A stretch of DNA of 64,000 nt from Polyangiales bacterium (GCA_044229975.1 JBGARZ010000001.1:352001-416000); one strand, 5' to 3'. Positions 54,831 to 64,000 are shown, numbered from the stretch's first letter. Notes: generated by a model not told the origin, from the sequence alone. Translations and numbers: made by a program.

Positions 54831-55732
54831 ATGAAGCTCCGCCTCGCGTGGTGGAATACGGGGCTGGCGGGAAAAAAGCCGTCCGTCAGACAGATTTCAG
54901 ACACTGCGAAGGTGATCCGAGCGCTGATGCGGGAGGAGAGCTGCGCGGTAGTCGGCCTCTGCGAGGTCCGACCGAGCGTGTTGGAGCCGCTGTTGAAGGA
55001 GGTCCTTCAGTTTCCGTACGCGACATGGAGGCCCAACGCGCCACAACCCGACCTCCCACGACCGCACGATCTCCTCGTGCTCTTTGATCCGCGCATCGTC
55101 AGCGTGACCACTCGCGAGCCCGTGTTCGCCGAGGTGGCAGATCATCGTGTCTACGCGGGGCTCGTCTTCGACCTCGGGCTGCCGCAGGATCAGTCGATGA
55201 GGCTGGCTCTCTGCCATTGGCCTGCAGAGCTTGGCAATCACCGCCACGCCGAAAAGCTCCGGAACGCTTCCGCCTTCACGATGAAGTCCGCCCTCGCCTC
55301 AGCGGGGACGCTGCACGACTCGATAGTGCTGGGCGATTTCAACGCCGAGCCCTTCTCCGAGGCGATGGAATCGATGGGCGGTAATCGTGACCTGGAGCAG
55401 GTGCGCAAACGCAGGGGCCTCCTCTACAACGCCGGATGGCGGTGGCTGGGTTCGCGACGTCCGTTCGACGGCCGGGACCTGACCTGCTCGCCGCCGGGGA
55501 CCTACCTGATGAGGAGTGGCGGGAGAGAGAGAGTGCATGGCGCACGTTCGACCAAGTTCTCGTCTCAAGGGCGGCCCTGCTGGGGGTCGGTTGGACCCTT
55601 CGCGAAGACGAGACCGCGCCCTGGCACGGGGATGAGCTGAGAGGTTCTCGTGGTGGCTTCCTCCGCAAGCCCCTCGATCACCTGCCCCTCGTCGTGACGC
55701 TGGAGTACATTTCCCCTGTCGCTACGGAATGA
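54831..55732 (+). pseudogene. Endonuclease/exonuclease/phosphatase (EEP) family nuclease split by a frameshift in a (GA)5 tract
   Basis: First frame: AWWNT, GLCEV, CHWP, LGDFNAEPF, LYN, PGTY. Second frame continues W.TFDQVLVS..DHLP. Removing one GA at 55523-55532 fuses them (~299 aa). Confidence 0.85.
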
Positions 55733-55743
55733 GAGGCACGCAC

Positions 55744-56187
55744 ATGGGTGAGAAGTTCCTGGACGCGGTGAAGAAGGGTCAGCGCGCGGCGCTCGCAGCG
55801 GAGAAGAAGGTCGGCGAGATCCGGGCCGTCATCGCGGACCTGGACTCACAGGTTCGGCAACTCTCCGATGGAGTAGTGGGCGTCGCAGAGAGTCCTCGTC
55901 CCGCGACTCCGAAGAAATTCGTGCCCAATCTGACCAAGGGATTCGAGCCGCCACCTCGGCGCTACAACGCGCTGGTCTTCAAGAGGGGGGACGAGGAACG
56001 GGAGTTCTGTGAGTTCGAGCCAGGACCGGCTGGCTATCCGGTCGAGATCCGTTTCGACGGTGGGTTCATGCTGGCGTCGGCGCGCGTCGAACTCGTCGCA
56101 GCGCTTAAGGACGTCCTCGCCACCCCACAGGCCGGTCGTGCCCTCAACGCCCTGATCGATCCGGCGCGCGCTCGCAAGGCGGGCTGA
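55744..56187 (+). CDS. Hypothetical protein, putative partner of the EEP nuclease
   Basis: GAGAGG RBS at the EEP stop; N-terminal helix FLDAVKKG..AA..A....EI..V; C-terminal GYPV.I. Confidence 0.75.
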   Translation: MGEKFLDAVKKGQRAALAAEKKVGEIRAVIADLDSQVRQLSDGVVGVAESPRPATPKKFVPNLTKGFEPPPRRYNALVFKRGDEEREFCEFEPGPAGYPVEIRFDGGFMLASARVELVAALKDVLATPQAGRALNALIDPARARKAG

Positions 56188-56525
56188 ACCGCAGCACTGC
56201 GGTGGTGCATGGCCTCGGCGACGTCGACCTCGCGGCGTGCGCCGACATCGACGACGCGTTCGCGGCGCTCACCGCCGCACCGTAGCGGTCACCCTCGGCC
56301 AGACTTCGGTCAACCCGAGCGGAGGCAATGCCCGCGAGGGTGCCCCGTCGGATCGCTTGGCGCGCGGGCAGAAGTGCCTGCCGGGGCGGGCGGAAGGCCC
56401 ACCGCGGGCGCTCGAGGGGCATCGGCGATGCCCTTGCGGGGTTGCGGTGCGCTTCTCGGACCTTGCCGACGCGTCCGGCAAGCTCCCGGGGCGTCCGACA
56501 GGGCTTGCGGGCGGCGACGGAGGCG

Positions 56526-57260
56526 TCAGGGCTGGGCGGTGGTGGCCTTGCGGGCGGCGCGGCGGGCGAGCCCGAGGAGGATCAGGTGATCGCGGCGGCG
56601 GATGATGGCGCGGGCGACCTCTGACCACTCCTTCCACCACCCGTGGAGGGCGACGAGGGCGGCGGCGCGGGCTCCGTCGGTGGCGGGCGCCGCATCGGTG
56701 GCGGTCGGCGCGGCGGGCGATGCCTGGGCCTTCTTTACGAGGGCGCGGAGTTCGGCGAGGCGCTCGGGGCCGTAGCCGCGCTGGGCGACGAGGTCGAGGG
56801 CCTTGCGGTCTTCGACGCGGGTGGCGGAGCGCGAAGGTGAGCTGGCGAGCGCGTCGAGGCGGTCGAGGAGCGTCGCGACGACGATGACGGCGCCCGCGCC
56901 CTGGGTGGCCTGGACGCCGTCGAGGACGAAGTCGGCCTGCTTGGGGAAGCGCCGCCCGAGCGACGCGCGGAGGATGCGGACGAGCGGCTCGTCGACGGCG
57001 TCGACCTGGATGATGGCGGCGCGCACGGACTCGTCGAGCGAAGCAACGAGCGCGGCGCCGGGCGTGTTGGTCTGCGGGGAGAAACCGGCGGCGTCGTGGA
57101 GGAGGCGCCAGCCCTCGCGGTGGTCGTCGTCGGTGTAGCCGCGAGCGGCGAGGGTCGCGCGAATCGCGAGGTGGGTGCCCAGGGTCTTGAGCAGATTGAT
57201 GGCGCGGGTGGGCGCCTCGTCGAGGACCTGACGGCTCGGTGCGGTGTCGGATGTGGTCAT
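56526..57260 (-). CDS. Hypothetical alpha-helical protein
   Basis: GGAGGG RBS; host-like codon usage; motifs GYT..DHREGW.LL and WW.EWS..AR..I.RRD.L..LGL. Confidence 0.75.
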   Translation of the reverse strand: MTTSDTAPSRQVLDEAPTRAINLLKTLGTHLAIRATLAARGYTDDDHREGWRLLHDAAGFSPQTNTPGAALVASLDESVRAAIIQVDAVDEPLVRILRASLGRRFPKQADFVLDGVQATQGAGAVIVVATLLDRLDALASSPSRSATRVEDRKALDLVAQRGYGPERLAELRALVKKAQASPAAPTATDAAPATDGARAAALVALHGWWKEWSEVARAIIRRRDHLILLGLARRAARKATTAQP

Positions 57261-57535
57261 GGGGGTTCCCTCCGGGCGCGGTGATGAGAAAGAGGCCGCG
57301 ACGATAGGGAGAGTCAGCGAGGGCAGAGGGGCGGGGCAAGCGAAACCAGTCGGGCGACCGTGGGTCGACGGAGAGGACGCCGCGCTTCCCTTCGGGCCGA
57401 CGACCGCAAACGGGGGTGGGTGCCTCTACCGGAGCGGACGCCGAACTCCGACCCCATCGCCCACTCCAAACCCCGCCCCTCCGCCCGCGGCTTGACACCC
57501 CCGGTCGCGATGGGCTCCAACGCGCCCTTCCCCCG

Positions 57536-59779
57536 ATGGACGCCACCCGCGCACAATCCACGTCAGCCGCCGCGAGCGAGCGCGTGCCCTGCGCGTCGTG
57601 TGGAGCCCCGGTCGACGTCCTGCGCGCCCCCTACGTCGCGGTCATCAACGAGCGCTACCGCTTCTACTGCTCGAAGAGCTGCCGCGAGCGCGATCGCCCC
57701 GCTGCCCCGGTGCCCGCGCGCGACGAGCGGCCCACCCTCACGGCGCGGCCGAGCCTCCTCGACGCGACCGACATGCTCGGCCTCGCGCGCGCCTCGCTCC
57801 CGTCGGCGGCCCTGCTCCCCGCGGCACCCCCGGTCGACCCGCGCGCCGCGGAGCTCGCGCGCGCCTCGCTCGCCCGGCCCGACCCGCCCGACCCGGTGAC
57901 GCCCGCCCTCGCCGTCGGCGCCGCGGTGTTTGGTGCGCTCGTCGGATCGCTCGACTCCCTCCCCCACCTCGCCCAGCTCGCGCTCGTCGCCGTGGCCGCG
58001 CTCGTGGGACTCGTTGTGGCCGGTCGTGAGGTGCTCCACGCGCCGCGCGACGGTGACCTCCTCGGCGGCGTGGTCGGTTGGGCGGGCGCGCTCCTCGCGA
58101 TGGGCGGCGCGCTGCGGGCGACGGGCGCGGGCTCCGTCGGCGCGGTGCGGGACGCCGCCGTGCTCGCCGCCATCGGGCCGCTCACGGCGTGGGCCGCGCG
58201 CATGCGACGCGCGGCGGGTCAGTCGCGGATGGAGGTGTTTCGCGACGCGCTCCCGGCCGACGCGCGGGTGGTGCGGCGCGGCAGCGAGGGGCTCTCGCTC
58301 GACCCGCCCACGGAGACCGTGGAGACGGCGTCGCTGCGCGCGGGCATGGAGGTCATCGTGGGGGCCGGAGCGGTCGTCCCGGTGGACGGCGTGACGCGCG
58401 CGGGCGAGGCCGAGGTGCGGCTCTGGCCCGGCGCGAGGGACACCCGACCGCGGGTCGCGGGCGACGCCGTGCTGGCGGGCGCGCGGGTGGTGCGCGGGAC
58501 GCTCCGGGTGCTGGCCACGCGGGCCGGCGACGCGGTCGCGTGGGCGCGGCTCGCGCGATGGATGACGGCGCCGCGAGAGGGTCCGCACACGGTGAAGCTC
58601 GCGCGGCGGCTGGTGCTGCTGGCTCCCGCGGGCGTGGCGGCGATGGCGCTCGCGATGGCGGTGCTGCACGTCGTGGTGCTGGGCGGCGACCCGGCGCGCG
58701 CGGCGGGCTGCGTGCTGGCGCTCGCGCCGTTGGTGCGCATGGTGACTGCCGTGCAAGCGCCCTTCGTCGAGGCGCTGGTCGAGGCCGCGCGGCGCGGGAT
58801 CGTGTTCCGCGATGCAGCGAGCGTGGAGGAGGCGGCGCGCGTGGGGACGGTAGCGTTCTGCTTCCGCGGGACGATCACCGTGGGCAGGCCCGAGCTCACC
58901 GAGGTGGTGTCGCTCGGATCGCGCAGCGAGCGCGAGGTGCTGGCCCTCGCGGCGGCCGCGGAGGAGGCCGCGCGCGAAGACCCGCTGGCGACCGCGGTGC
59001 TGCGCGGCGCGATGGCGCGCGGACTGCGGCTGGAGGGCGTTCGCCGACCGATGGTGCTGCCGGGCCTCGGCGTGACGGCCGTGAGCGCGTCGGGCGAGGC
59101 CGTGGTGGTGGGGCAACGGCGATTGCTACTGGCCGAGGGCGTGAGCGTGGCCCCCGCAGAGGACGTGTTGCTGGGCATCGAGGGCGCGGGACGCACCGCG
59201 CTCCTGGTGGCCATCGACGGTCGCGTGGAGGGCGTGCTGGGCATCGACGATCCGGTGCGCGACGAGGCGCGCTCGGCGGTGCAGGCGCTCATCGACGCGG
59301 GCTTCGAGGTCGCCCTCCTCGCGGGCACCGCGCGCGGAACCATCGAGTCCATCGGCGCCCTCCTCGACGTGAGCAACCTGCGCCCCGAAGTGAGCCCCGA
59401 CGAGCGGCCCGCGGTGGTGCGAGCCCTCTCCGAAGTGGGGCGCGGCGTGGCGGTGGTGGGTCGTCCGCGGTGGGACGGCTCGTCGCTCGCGGCGGCGGAC
59501 GTGGGCATCCAGGTGGAGGCCGCGGGCGGGGTCGGCGGCGAGACGGCGCTGGCGTTGGCCTCGGACGACCTGCGCGACGCGGCGGCGGCGCTCACCGAGG
59601 CGCGGCGGGCGCGCGACCGGGCGACGGCGGTGCTCGCCATGGGCGTGACCGGGACGGTGCTGGGCGTCTTCGTGGCGGCGGCCCTCCCGAGCTGGGGCGT
59701 GTTGGCGGTGGTGGCGGCGACGGTGGCGACGCTCGGGGGCGAGGCGATGGTGCTGCGCGCCCGGATGGGAGGCGCGTGA
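57536..59779 (+). CDS. P1B-type ATPase-fold membrane protein with YHS/TRASH-like N-terminus; catalytic motifs degenerate
   Basis: CASC..YCSKSC; VPVDG; A.RGI.F; PGLGV, VG..R.L and D.VR are retained, but FDKTGT reads FCFRGT and GDGxND reads GRPRWD. Confidence 0.8.
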   Translation: MDATRAQSTSAAASERVPCASCGAPVDVLRAPYVAVINERYRFYCSKSCRERDRPAAPVPARDERPTLTARPSLLDATDMLGLARASLPSAALLPAAPPVDPRAAELARASLARPDPPDPVTPALAVGAAVFGALVGSLDSLPHLAQLALVAVAALVGLVVAGREVLHAPRDGDLLGGVVGWAGALLAMGGALRATGAGSVGAVRDAAVLAAIGPLTAWAARMRRAAGQSRMEVFRDALPADARVVRRGSEGLSLDPPTETVETASLRAGMEVIVGAGAVVPVDGVTRAGEAEVRLWPGARDTRPRVAGDAVLAGARVVRGTLRVLATRAGDAVAWARLARWMTAPREGPHTVKLARRLVLLAPAGVAAMALAMAVLHVVVLGGDPARAAGCVLALAPLVRMVTAVQAPFVEALVEAARRGIVFRDAASVEEAARVGTVAFCFRGTITVGRPELTEVVSLGSRSEREVLALAAAAEEAAREDPLATAVLRGAMARGLRLEGVRRPMVLPGLGVTAVSASGEAVVVGQRRLLLAEGVSVAPAEDVLLGIEGAGRTALLVAIDGRVEGVLGIDDPVRDEARSAVQALIDAGFEVALLAGTARGTIESIGALLDVSNLRPEVSPDERPAVVRALSEVGRGVAVVGRPRWDGSSLAAADVGIQVEAAGGVGGETALALASDDLRDAAAALTEARRARDRATAVLAMGVTGTVLGVFVAAALPSWGVLAVVAATVATLGGEAMVLRARMGGA

Positions 59780-60204
59780 TGGCAGGGCCCGTGGTGGTGG
59801 CGGCGGCGGTGGTGATCGACGGCGACCGGGTGCTGCTGACGCAACGCCCGAGCGGGACGCACCTCGCGGGCGCGTGGGAGTTTCCCGGCGGCAAGCTGGA
59901 GGAGCACGAGGCCCCGGCGGCGGCGCTGGTGCGCGAGCTGCGCGAAGAGCTCGGGGTGGAGTCTGAGGTGGGCGAGGTGCTCGACGTGACCTGGTGGCGC
60001 TACCCCACCAAGAGCGTGCTGCTGCTCTTCTACCGCGCCCGCATCACGGCGGGCGACATCGCCCACCTCGGCGTGGCCGACCACGTCTGGGCGCGCCGCG
60101 AAGACCTCGATGGCTACTCCTTCCCCCCGGCCGACGTGGCGGTGCTCGGGAAGATCCGCGCGCTCCTCGATGCCGCAGGGCGTCCGCCGTCATCCCCGAC
60201 CTGA
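59779..60204 (+). CDS. MutT/NudG-like Nudix (d)NTP pyrophosphohydrolase
   Basis: WEFPGGKLE..E....AL.RELREELG Nudix box; FPPAD; TGATG overlap with the upstream gene. Confidence 0.9.
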   Translation: MAGPVVVAAAVVIDGDRVLLTQRPSGTHLAGAWEFPGGKLEEHEAPAAALVRELREELGVESEVGEVLDVTWWRYPTKSVLLLFYRARITAGDIAHLGVADHVWARREDLDGYSFPPADVAVLGKIRALLDAAGRPPSSPT

Positions 60205-60254
60205 TACGCCTCGAAGTCCGGCGGAGAGGACGTGTTATGGTCGTCGCCAGGTCG

Positions 60255-61751
60255 ATGGCAGGCATGGATCGCCCCTCTTCACCGCAGCCATCCCAGACCT
60301 TGGACGGGCTCGACGACGACGACATGGCCGAGCGCCTGCCGCCGGGCACGCGCTTCGGCCGCTACGAGGTGCGCCGGCTGCTCGGTCACGGCGCCTTTGG
60401 GGCGGTGTACGAGGCGCAGCAGCACGAGCCGCTCCAGCGCACCGTCGCGCTGAAGGTGCTGCACGACGTCGCCCGCACCAGCCCGCAGCTCGTCGCCCGC
60501 TTCATGCGCGAGGCGCAGATCGCCGCGAGCATCGCGCACCCGCACATCGTCACGGTGTTCGACATCGGCACCGAGGGCAACGTGCCGTACATCGCGATGG
60601 AGCGACTGCACGGCGAGGCCCTCGAAGCCCTGCTCGACCGCCAGCGCGTGCTCACCCCGACGCAGACCGTCGACGTGCTGCTGCCCATCCTGTCGGCCGT
60701 CGCGGCGGTGCACGACGCCGGCATCGTTCATCGTGACCTGAAGCCCGCCAACCTCTTCCTCTCCACGCCGCGGCCCGGCGCCGTCGTGCCCAAGCTCCTC
60801 GACTTCGGCATCGTGAAGGTGCTCGACCGCACCGCCAGCGCCGCGCGCACCGAGACGCGCGCCTTCCTCGGGACGCCCCACTACACCTCGCCCGAGCAGG
60901 CGATGGACTCCTCGACCATCGGCACGTCGAGCGACCAGTGGTCCCTCGGGGTGATCCTGTACGAGTGCCTCACGGGCACGCGTCCGTGGTGCGCGGGCCC
61001 CGTGCTGAAGGTGCTCTTCGAGATCACGTCGGCCGAGATCAAGCCGCCCTCGTCCGTGCGATCGTCCATCCCGCGCGAGCTCGACGCCGTCGTGATGCGC
61101 GCCCTCTCGCGGCCCACCGACGAGCGCTTCGCCTCGGTGCGCCAGCTCGGAGGCGCGCTGCTGCCCTTCGCCTCCGAGGCCGTCCGGTCGACGTGGCGCG
61201 GCGAGTTCGAGTCCCACGCCCCGAAGCCCGTCGTGCGCCCGCCGCCGCAGCTCCCGCAGCTCGCGCCCGATCCTGCGCCGGTGCCCAGGGCCCGCGTCGA
61301 GCCGCAGCTCGCGCCTGACCCCGAGCTCGCCGCGCGACCGCGAACGCCGCCCAGCCGCTCGGTGCCCAAGGCCAAGTACGGCGACCTGCAACCCGCGCCG
61401 CCGCCCCCCGCGCCGCCGCCGCGCTGGCTGTGGCCCGTCGTCGCCGTGGTGGCCCTCACGCTGGCGGCCATCGGCTTCATGGCCCTGCGCTCGCCCTCGA
61501 CGCCCGCGCCCATCGCAGCGCCGCCCGTGACCGTGGTGACGCCGCCCGAACCCGATCCGCCGCCCACGCTGCCGCCACCTGCGCCGTCACCGCCGCCCGC
61601 GCCCGTGGTCGTCGCGCCTCCGGTGCCCGTCCCCGCGCCGCTCCCGGTCGTCGAACCCGTGACCCCGCGCGAGCAGCACCCGCGTCGGCGCACGCATCCG
61701 GCCGGTGACCCTCCGCCCGCGTCGCCGACCGGAGGCATCCCCAATGTCTAG
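60255..61751 (+). CDS. Membrane Ser/Thr protein kinase
   Basis: LGHGAFGAVY, ALK, HRDLKPAN, DFG, GTPHYTSPEQ; TM helix; Pro-rich tail. Start could also be 60237 or 60264. Confidence 0.93.
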   Translation: MAGMDRPSSPQPSQTLDGLDDDDMAERLPPGTRFGRYEVRRLLGHGAFGAVYEAQQHEPLQRTVALKVLHDVARTSPQLVARFMREAQIAASIAHPHIVTVFDIGTEGNVPYIAMERLHGEALEALLDRQRVLTPTQTVDVLLPILSAVAAVHDAGIVHRDLKPANLFLSTPRPGAVVPKLLDFGIVKVLDRTASAARTETRAFLGTPHYTSPEQAMDSSTIGTSSDQWSLGVILYECLTGTRPWCAGPVLKVLFEITSAEIKPPSSVRSSIPRELDAVVMRALSRPTDERFASVRQLGGALLPFASEAVRSTWRGEFESHAPKPVVRPPPQLPQLAPDPAPVPRARVEPQLAPDPELAARPRTPPSRSVPKAKYGDLQPAPPPPAPPPRWLWPVVAVVALTLAAIGFMALRSPSTPAPIAAPPVTVVTPPEPDPPPTLPPPAPSPPPAPVVVAPPVPVPAPLPVVEPVTPREQHPRRRTHPAGDPPPASPTGGIPNV

Positions 61752-62784
61752 GCCCTCGCTGTCCGCGGCGTTGGTGGTGCTGGCGCTCGGACGTTCGGTG
61801 GTCGCGCAGACCGTCGACGTCGAGGCCGAGCACCAGCGCGGCGTCACGCTGCGCAACGAGCACCGCGACGCCGAGGCGCTGGCGGTCTTCCGCGGGCTCT
61901 ACGATCGCAGTGGGGAGGTGCGGGCGTTGGCGCGGGTCGCGCTCGCCGAGGCGGCGCTCTCCCGCTGGGTCGACGCCGAGGCGCACCTCCAACGCGCGCT
62001 CGCCGCGGACGACGCGTGGGTCGCGCAAAACCGCGCGAGCCTGGAGCAGGGACTCGCGGCGGTGCGGCAACACCTCGGCACGCTCGCGGTGCACGTCGAC
62101 GTCGCGGGCGCCGAGGTCCTCGTCGCGGGCGTCCCCGTCGGGACCACCCCCCTCAACCACCCCCTCCGCGTAGCCGCGGGTTCGGTGGACGTCGAGGTCC
62201 GCGCGCCGCAACGTGCTGCCGCGCGGCGCGCGGTGATGGTCCGCGCGGGCACCGAGGTCACGGGGCTCGACATCGAGCTCCCTGCGGTCGAAGCGACGCC
62301 CCACTTCGCCAACGCCACCGCGGCAACACCCACCTCCGACCCGACGCCGACCCTCGAACCCGACGCGGTCAACGGCTCCGCTCCGCCGGTGATGGAGCCC
62401 AACGCGCGGCGCGAGCGCGAGGCGCGCCGGGCGACGCTGGAGACCCTGAGCACCACGAGCCTGGTGATCGGCGGCGCGGGCCTTCTCACGGCCGCCATCG
62501 GCGTCGGTCTGCGCGAGAGCGCGGTGTCGACCTTCAACAGCAACGGCTGCCTCCTGCTGGGCGAAGACCCAGGGGTCTTCGCGAACGGCTACGACTGCGC
62601 CGCGCGGTACAGCCAGGGCGAGACAGCGACCGCGGTGGCCATCGCGGGCCTCGCGGTGGGCGTGGCCTTCGCGGTGACCGGCGTCGTGCTGCGGGTGGTG
62701 GCGCCGAGCGCGCCGACGCGTCGGGCCGTGGCGTGCGGGCCCTCCATGACGGGCGTCGGGATGCTGTGCGGCGGGAGGTTCTGA
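61744..62784 (+). CDS. TPR + PEGA domain secreted/membrane protein
   Basis: Signal peptide, TPR-like helices (ALSRWVDAE.HL..AL), PEGA (GAEVLV.G.PVGTTPL), C-terminal TM pair; overlaps the kinase. Confidence 0.8.
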   Translation: MSRPSLSAALVVLALGRSVVAQTVDVEAEHQRGVTLRNEHRDAEALAVFRGLYDRSGEVRALARVALAEAALSRWVDAEAHLQRALAADDAWVAQNRASLEQGLAAVRQHLGTLAVHVDVAGAEVLVAGVPVGTTPLNHPLRVAAGSVDVEVRAPQRAAARRAVMVRAGTEVTGLDIELPAVEATPHFANATAATPTSDPTPTLEPDAVNGSAPPVMEPNARREREARRATLETLSTTSLVIGGAGLLTAAIGVGLRESAVSTFNSNGCLLLGEDPGVFANGYDCAARYSQGETATAVAIAGLAVGVAFAVTGVVLRVVAPSAPTRRAVACGPSMTGVGMLCGGRF

Positions 62785-62786
62785 CC

Positions 62787-63287
62787 ATGAGGGCTCATCG
62801 CTTCGCGGCGCTGCTCGGCGCGCTCACGATGGGGGCGTGCAGCTCGTACAACCGCTCGACCGGCGACGCGGCCTACCTCGACCTGGGCATGGGACTCGAC
62901 CTCGGAACGCCGCCCGCGCCCGATCGACCGACCGTCGGAGACCAACCAACCGTCACAGACCAACCGACCGTCGGAGACCAACCGTCGATCAAAGATGCGG
63001 GCAGCACGACCGACCTCGGCTACGCGCCCGGTGTCCTCTCGTGCGCTCGGCTGTGCGCTCGGCTGGCGACGTCGGCGACGTGCTCGGGGGCGCAGGGCGG
63101 CTGCGAGACGGCGTGCGGCGAGACGCTCAATCCCTTCGCGCCCCGGTGCAGAGACAGCTTCGTCGCGCTGTTCAACTGCATCGAGTCGGCCGACGCGACG
63201 ACCATCATGTGCGGCAGCAGCGTGATGTTTCCGTTCACGACCTGCGCGGCGCTCAACATGACCGCGGTGGAGTGCGTTCGGCGGTAG
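62787..63287 (+). CDS. Cys-rich lipoprotein
   Basis: Lipobox MGAC; DQPTV repeat linker; C-terminal multi-Cys domain. Confidence 0.7.
   Translation: MRAHRFAALLGALTMGACSSYNRSTGDAAYLDLGMGLDLGTPPAPDRPTVGDQPTVTDQPTVGDQPSIKDAGSTTDLGYAPGVLSCARLCARLATSATCSGAQGGCETACGETLNPFAPRCRDSFVALFNCIESADATTIMCGSSVMFPFTTCAALNMTAVECVRR
62922..62993 (+). repeat. Coding 18-bp tandem repeat (~4 copies, D-Q/R-P-T-V-G/T)
   Basis: GATCGACCGACCGTCGGA, GACCAACCAACCGTCACA, GACCAACCGACCGTCGGA, GACCAACCGTCGATCAAA. Confidence 0.8.
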
Positions 63288-63311
63288 TCGTCGCCGAGGC
63301 GGGCGCGACGA

Positions 63312-64000
63312 TCAGAAGACGTAGTGCAGGGCGAGGCCGCCGTAGAAGCCGATGAGCGCGTAGCCGCCGTCGACGCGCACGTCGAAGTGACGGTGCGGGC
63401 GGAAGTGCATCGCGAGGTGGGGCAGCGCGATCCACGGCACCGCCGGCGGAACGCTCCCGCTGTTGGAGTCGGTGGTCAGCCGCTCGGCGTAGCGGCCGGT
63501 GACCTGGCCGTTGGCGTCGAAGGTCGCGTAGTGGCTGTTGGAGCTGTCGCAGTAGCCCGGAACACCATCGCCTGGGCCGCGGCACTCGCGGTACCCGCCG
63601 CCCGCCGAGCTGTTGGGCGTGACCTGCGTGCGGTAGAGATTGCCGCCCACCGCCGACACCCCGACGCCCATCCCGTACTGGATCTCGAACCAGTCGTTGA
63701 TGCGCGACCCCCAGAGGAAGAGCACGTTGGCGCTGAGGGTCCACAGCGAGCTCTCGATGCGCTCGAGCGCGACGTCGCCCTCGTTGCGCCCGCGCACGAG
63801 GCCGAAGTTGGGGTCGGGGGTCGAGAGGTTGGTGTACTGGAGCCCCACCACGATATCGAGCGCCCCGCGGCGGTAGACGTACTCCAGCCCCGGCGAGACG
63901 GTGAGCGGGCCCGACCAGTCGTTGGCCACCGCCGCGAAGAGCTTCACGAAGGCGACCGGGGTGTTCCAGATCCAGAAGCGCGCGCCGATGCTGTGCTCGG
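63312..64000 (-). CDS. Outer-membrane beta-barrel-like protein, 5'-truncated
   Basis: Frame is open to the window edge; alternating beta-strands; terminal HYVF. Confidence 0.7.
   Translation of the reverse strand, partial: EHSIGARFWIWNTPVAFVKLFAAVANDWSGPLTVSPGLEYVYRRGALDIVVGLQYTNLSTPDPNFGLVRGRNEGDVALERIESSLWTLSANVLFLWGSRINDWFEIQYGMGVGVSAVGGNLYRTQVTPNSSAGGGYRECRGPGDGVPGYCDSSNSHYATFDANGQVTGRYAERLTTDSNSGSVPPAVPWIALPHLAMHFRPHRHFDVRVDGGYALIGFYGGLALHYVF

Noticed and set aside
57536..59779. Functional Cu/Zn-transporting ATPase (copA/zntA)
   Set aside because: It lacks the phosphorylatable Asp and the TGE, CPx, HP and GDGxND motifs.

Overview
Very high-GC bacterial chromosomal window. The Pro-rich Ser/Thr kinases with PEGA/TPR partners, Cys-rich lipoproteins, sigma54 activator and ferritin-like lipoprotein point to Myxococcota (probably Polyangiales-like; inference). 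It carries core genes (secA, mutL, mutT-like) and signalling genes (HNOBA-like/GAF/PAS/SpoIIE phosphatase, three kinases, DUF1059-EAL/CBS pair, WYL regulator). It also has a ~18 kb envelope cluster that looks like an N-acylated amino-sugar pathway (wecE, rmlA, rmlB, GT2, ACP, two KAS III, two SDRs, GNAT, Rieske oxygenase, AspH-like hydroxylase, sulfatase-fold protein, flippase, GT-C-like protein) and a czcCBA-type RND pump. Most unusual items: (1) a ~620 bp non-coding palindrome whose arms are tandem 54-bp units with mirror-matched variants (53506-54130); (2) an adjacent A/T-richer EEP nuclease + partner cassette, frameshifted inside a (GA)5 tract; (3) a full-length P1B-ATPase-fold gene with every catalytic motif replaced, coupled to a Nudix hydrolase; (4) a long hairpin in the secA leader; (5) recurrent TANNNT boxes 6-12 nt before start codons. 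No rRNA, tRNA, CRISPR array, transposase or integrase was recognised.
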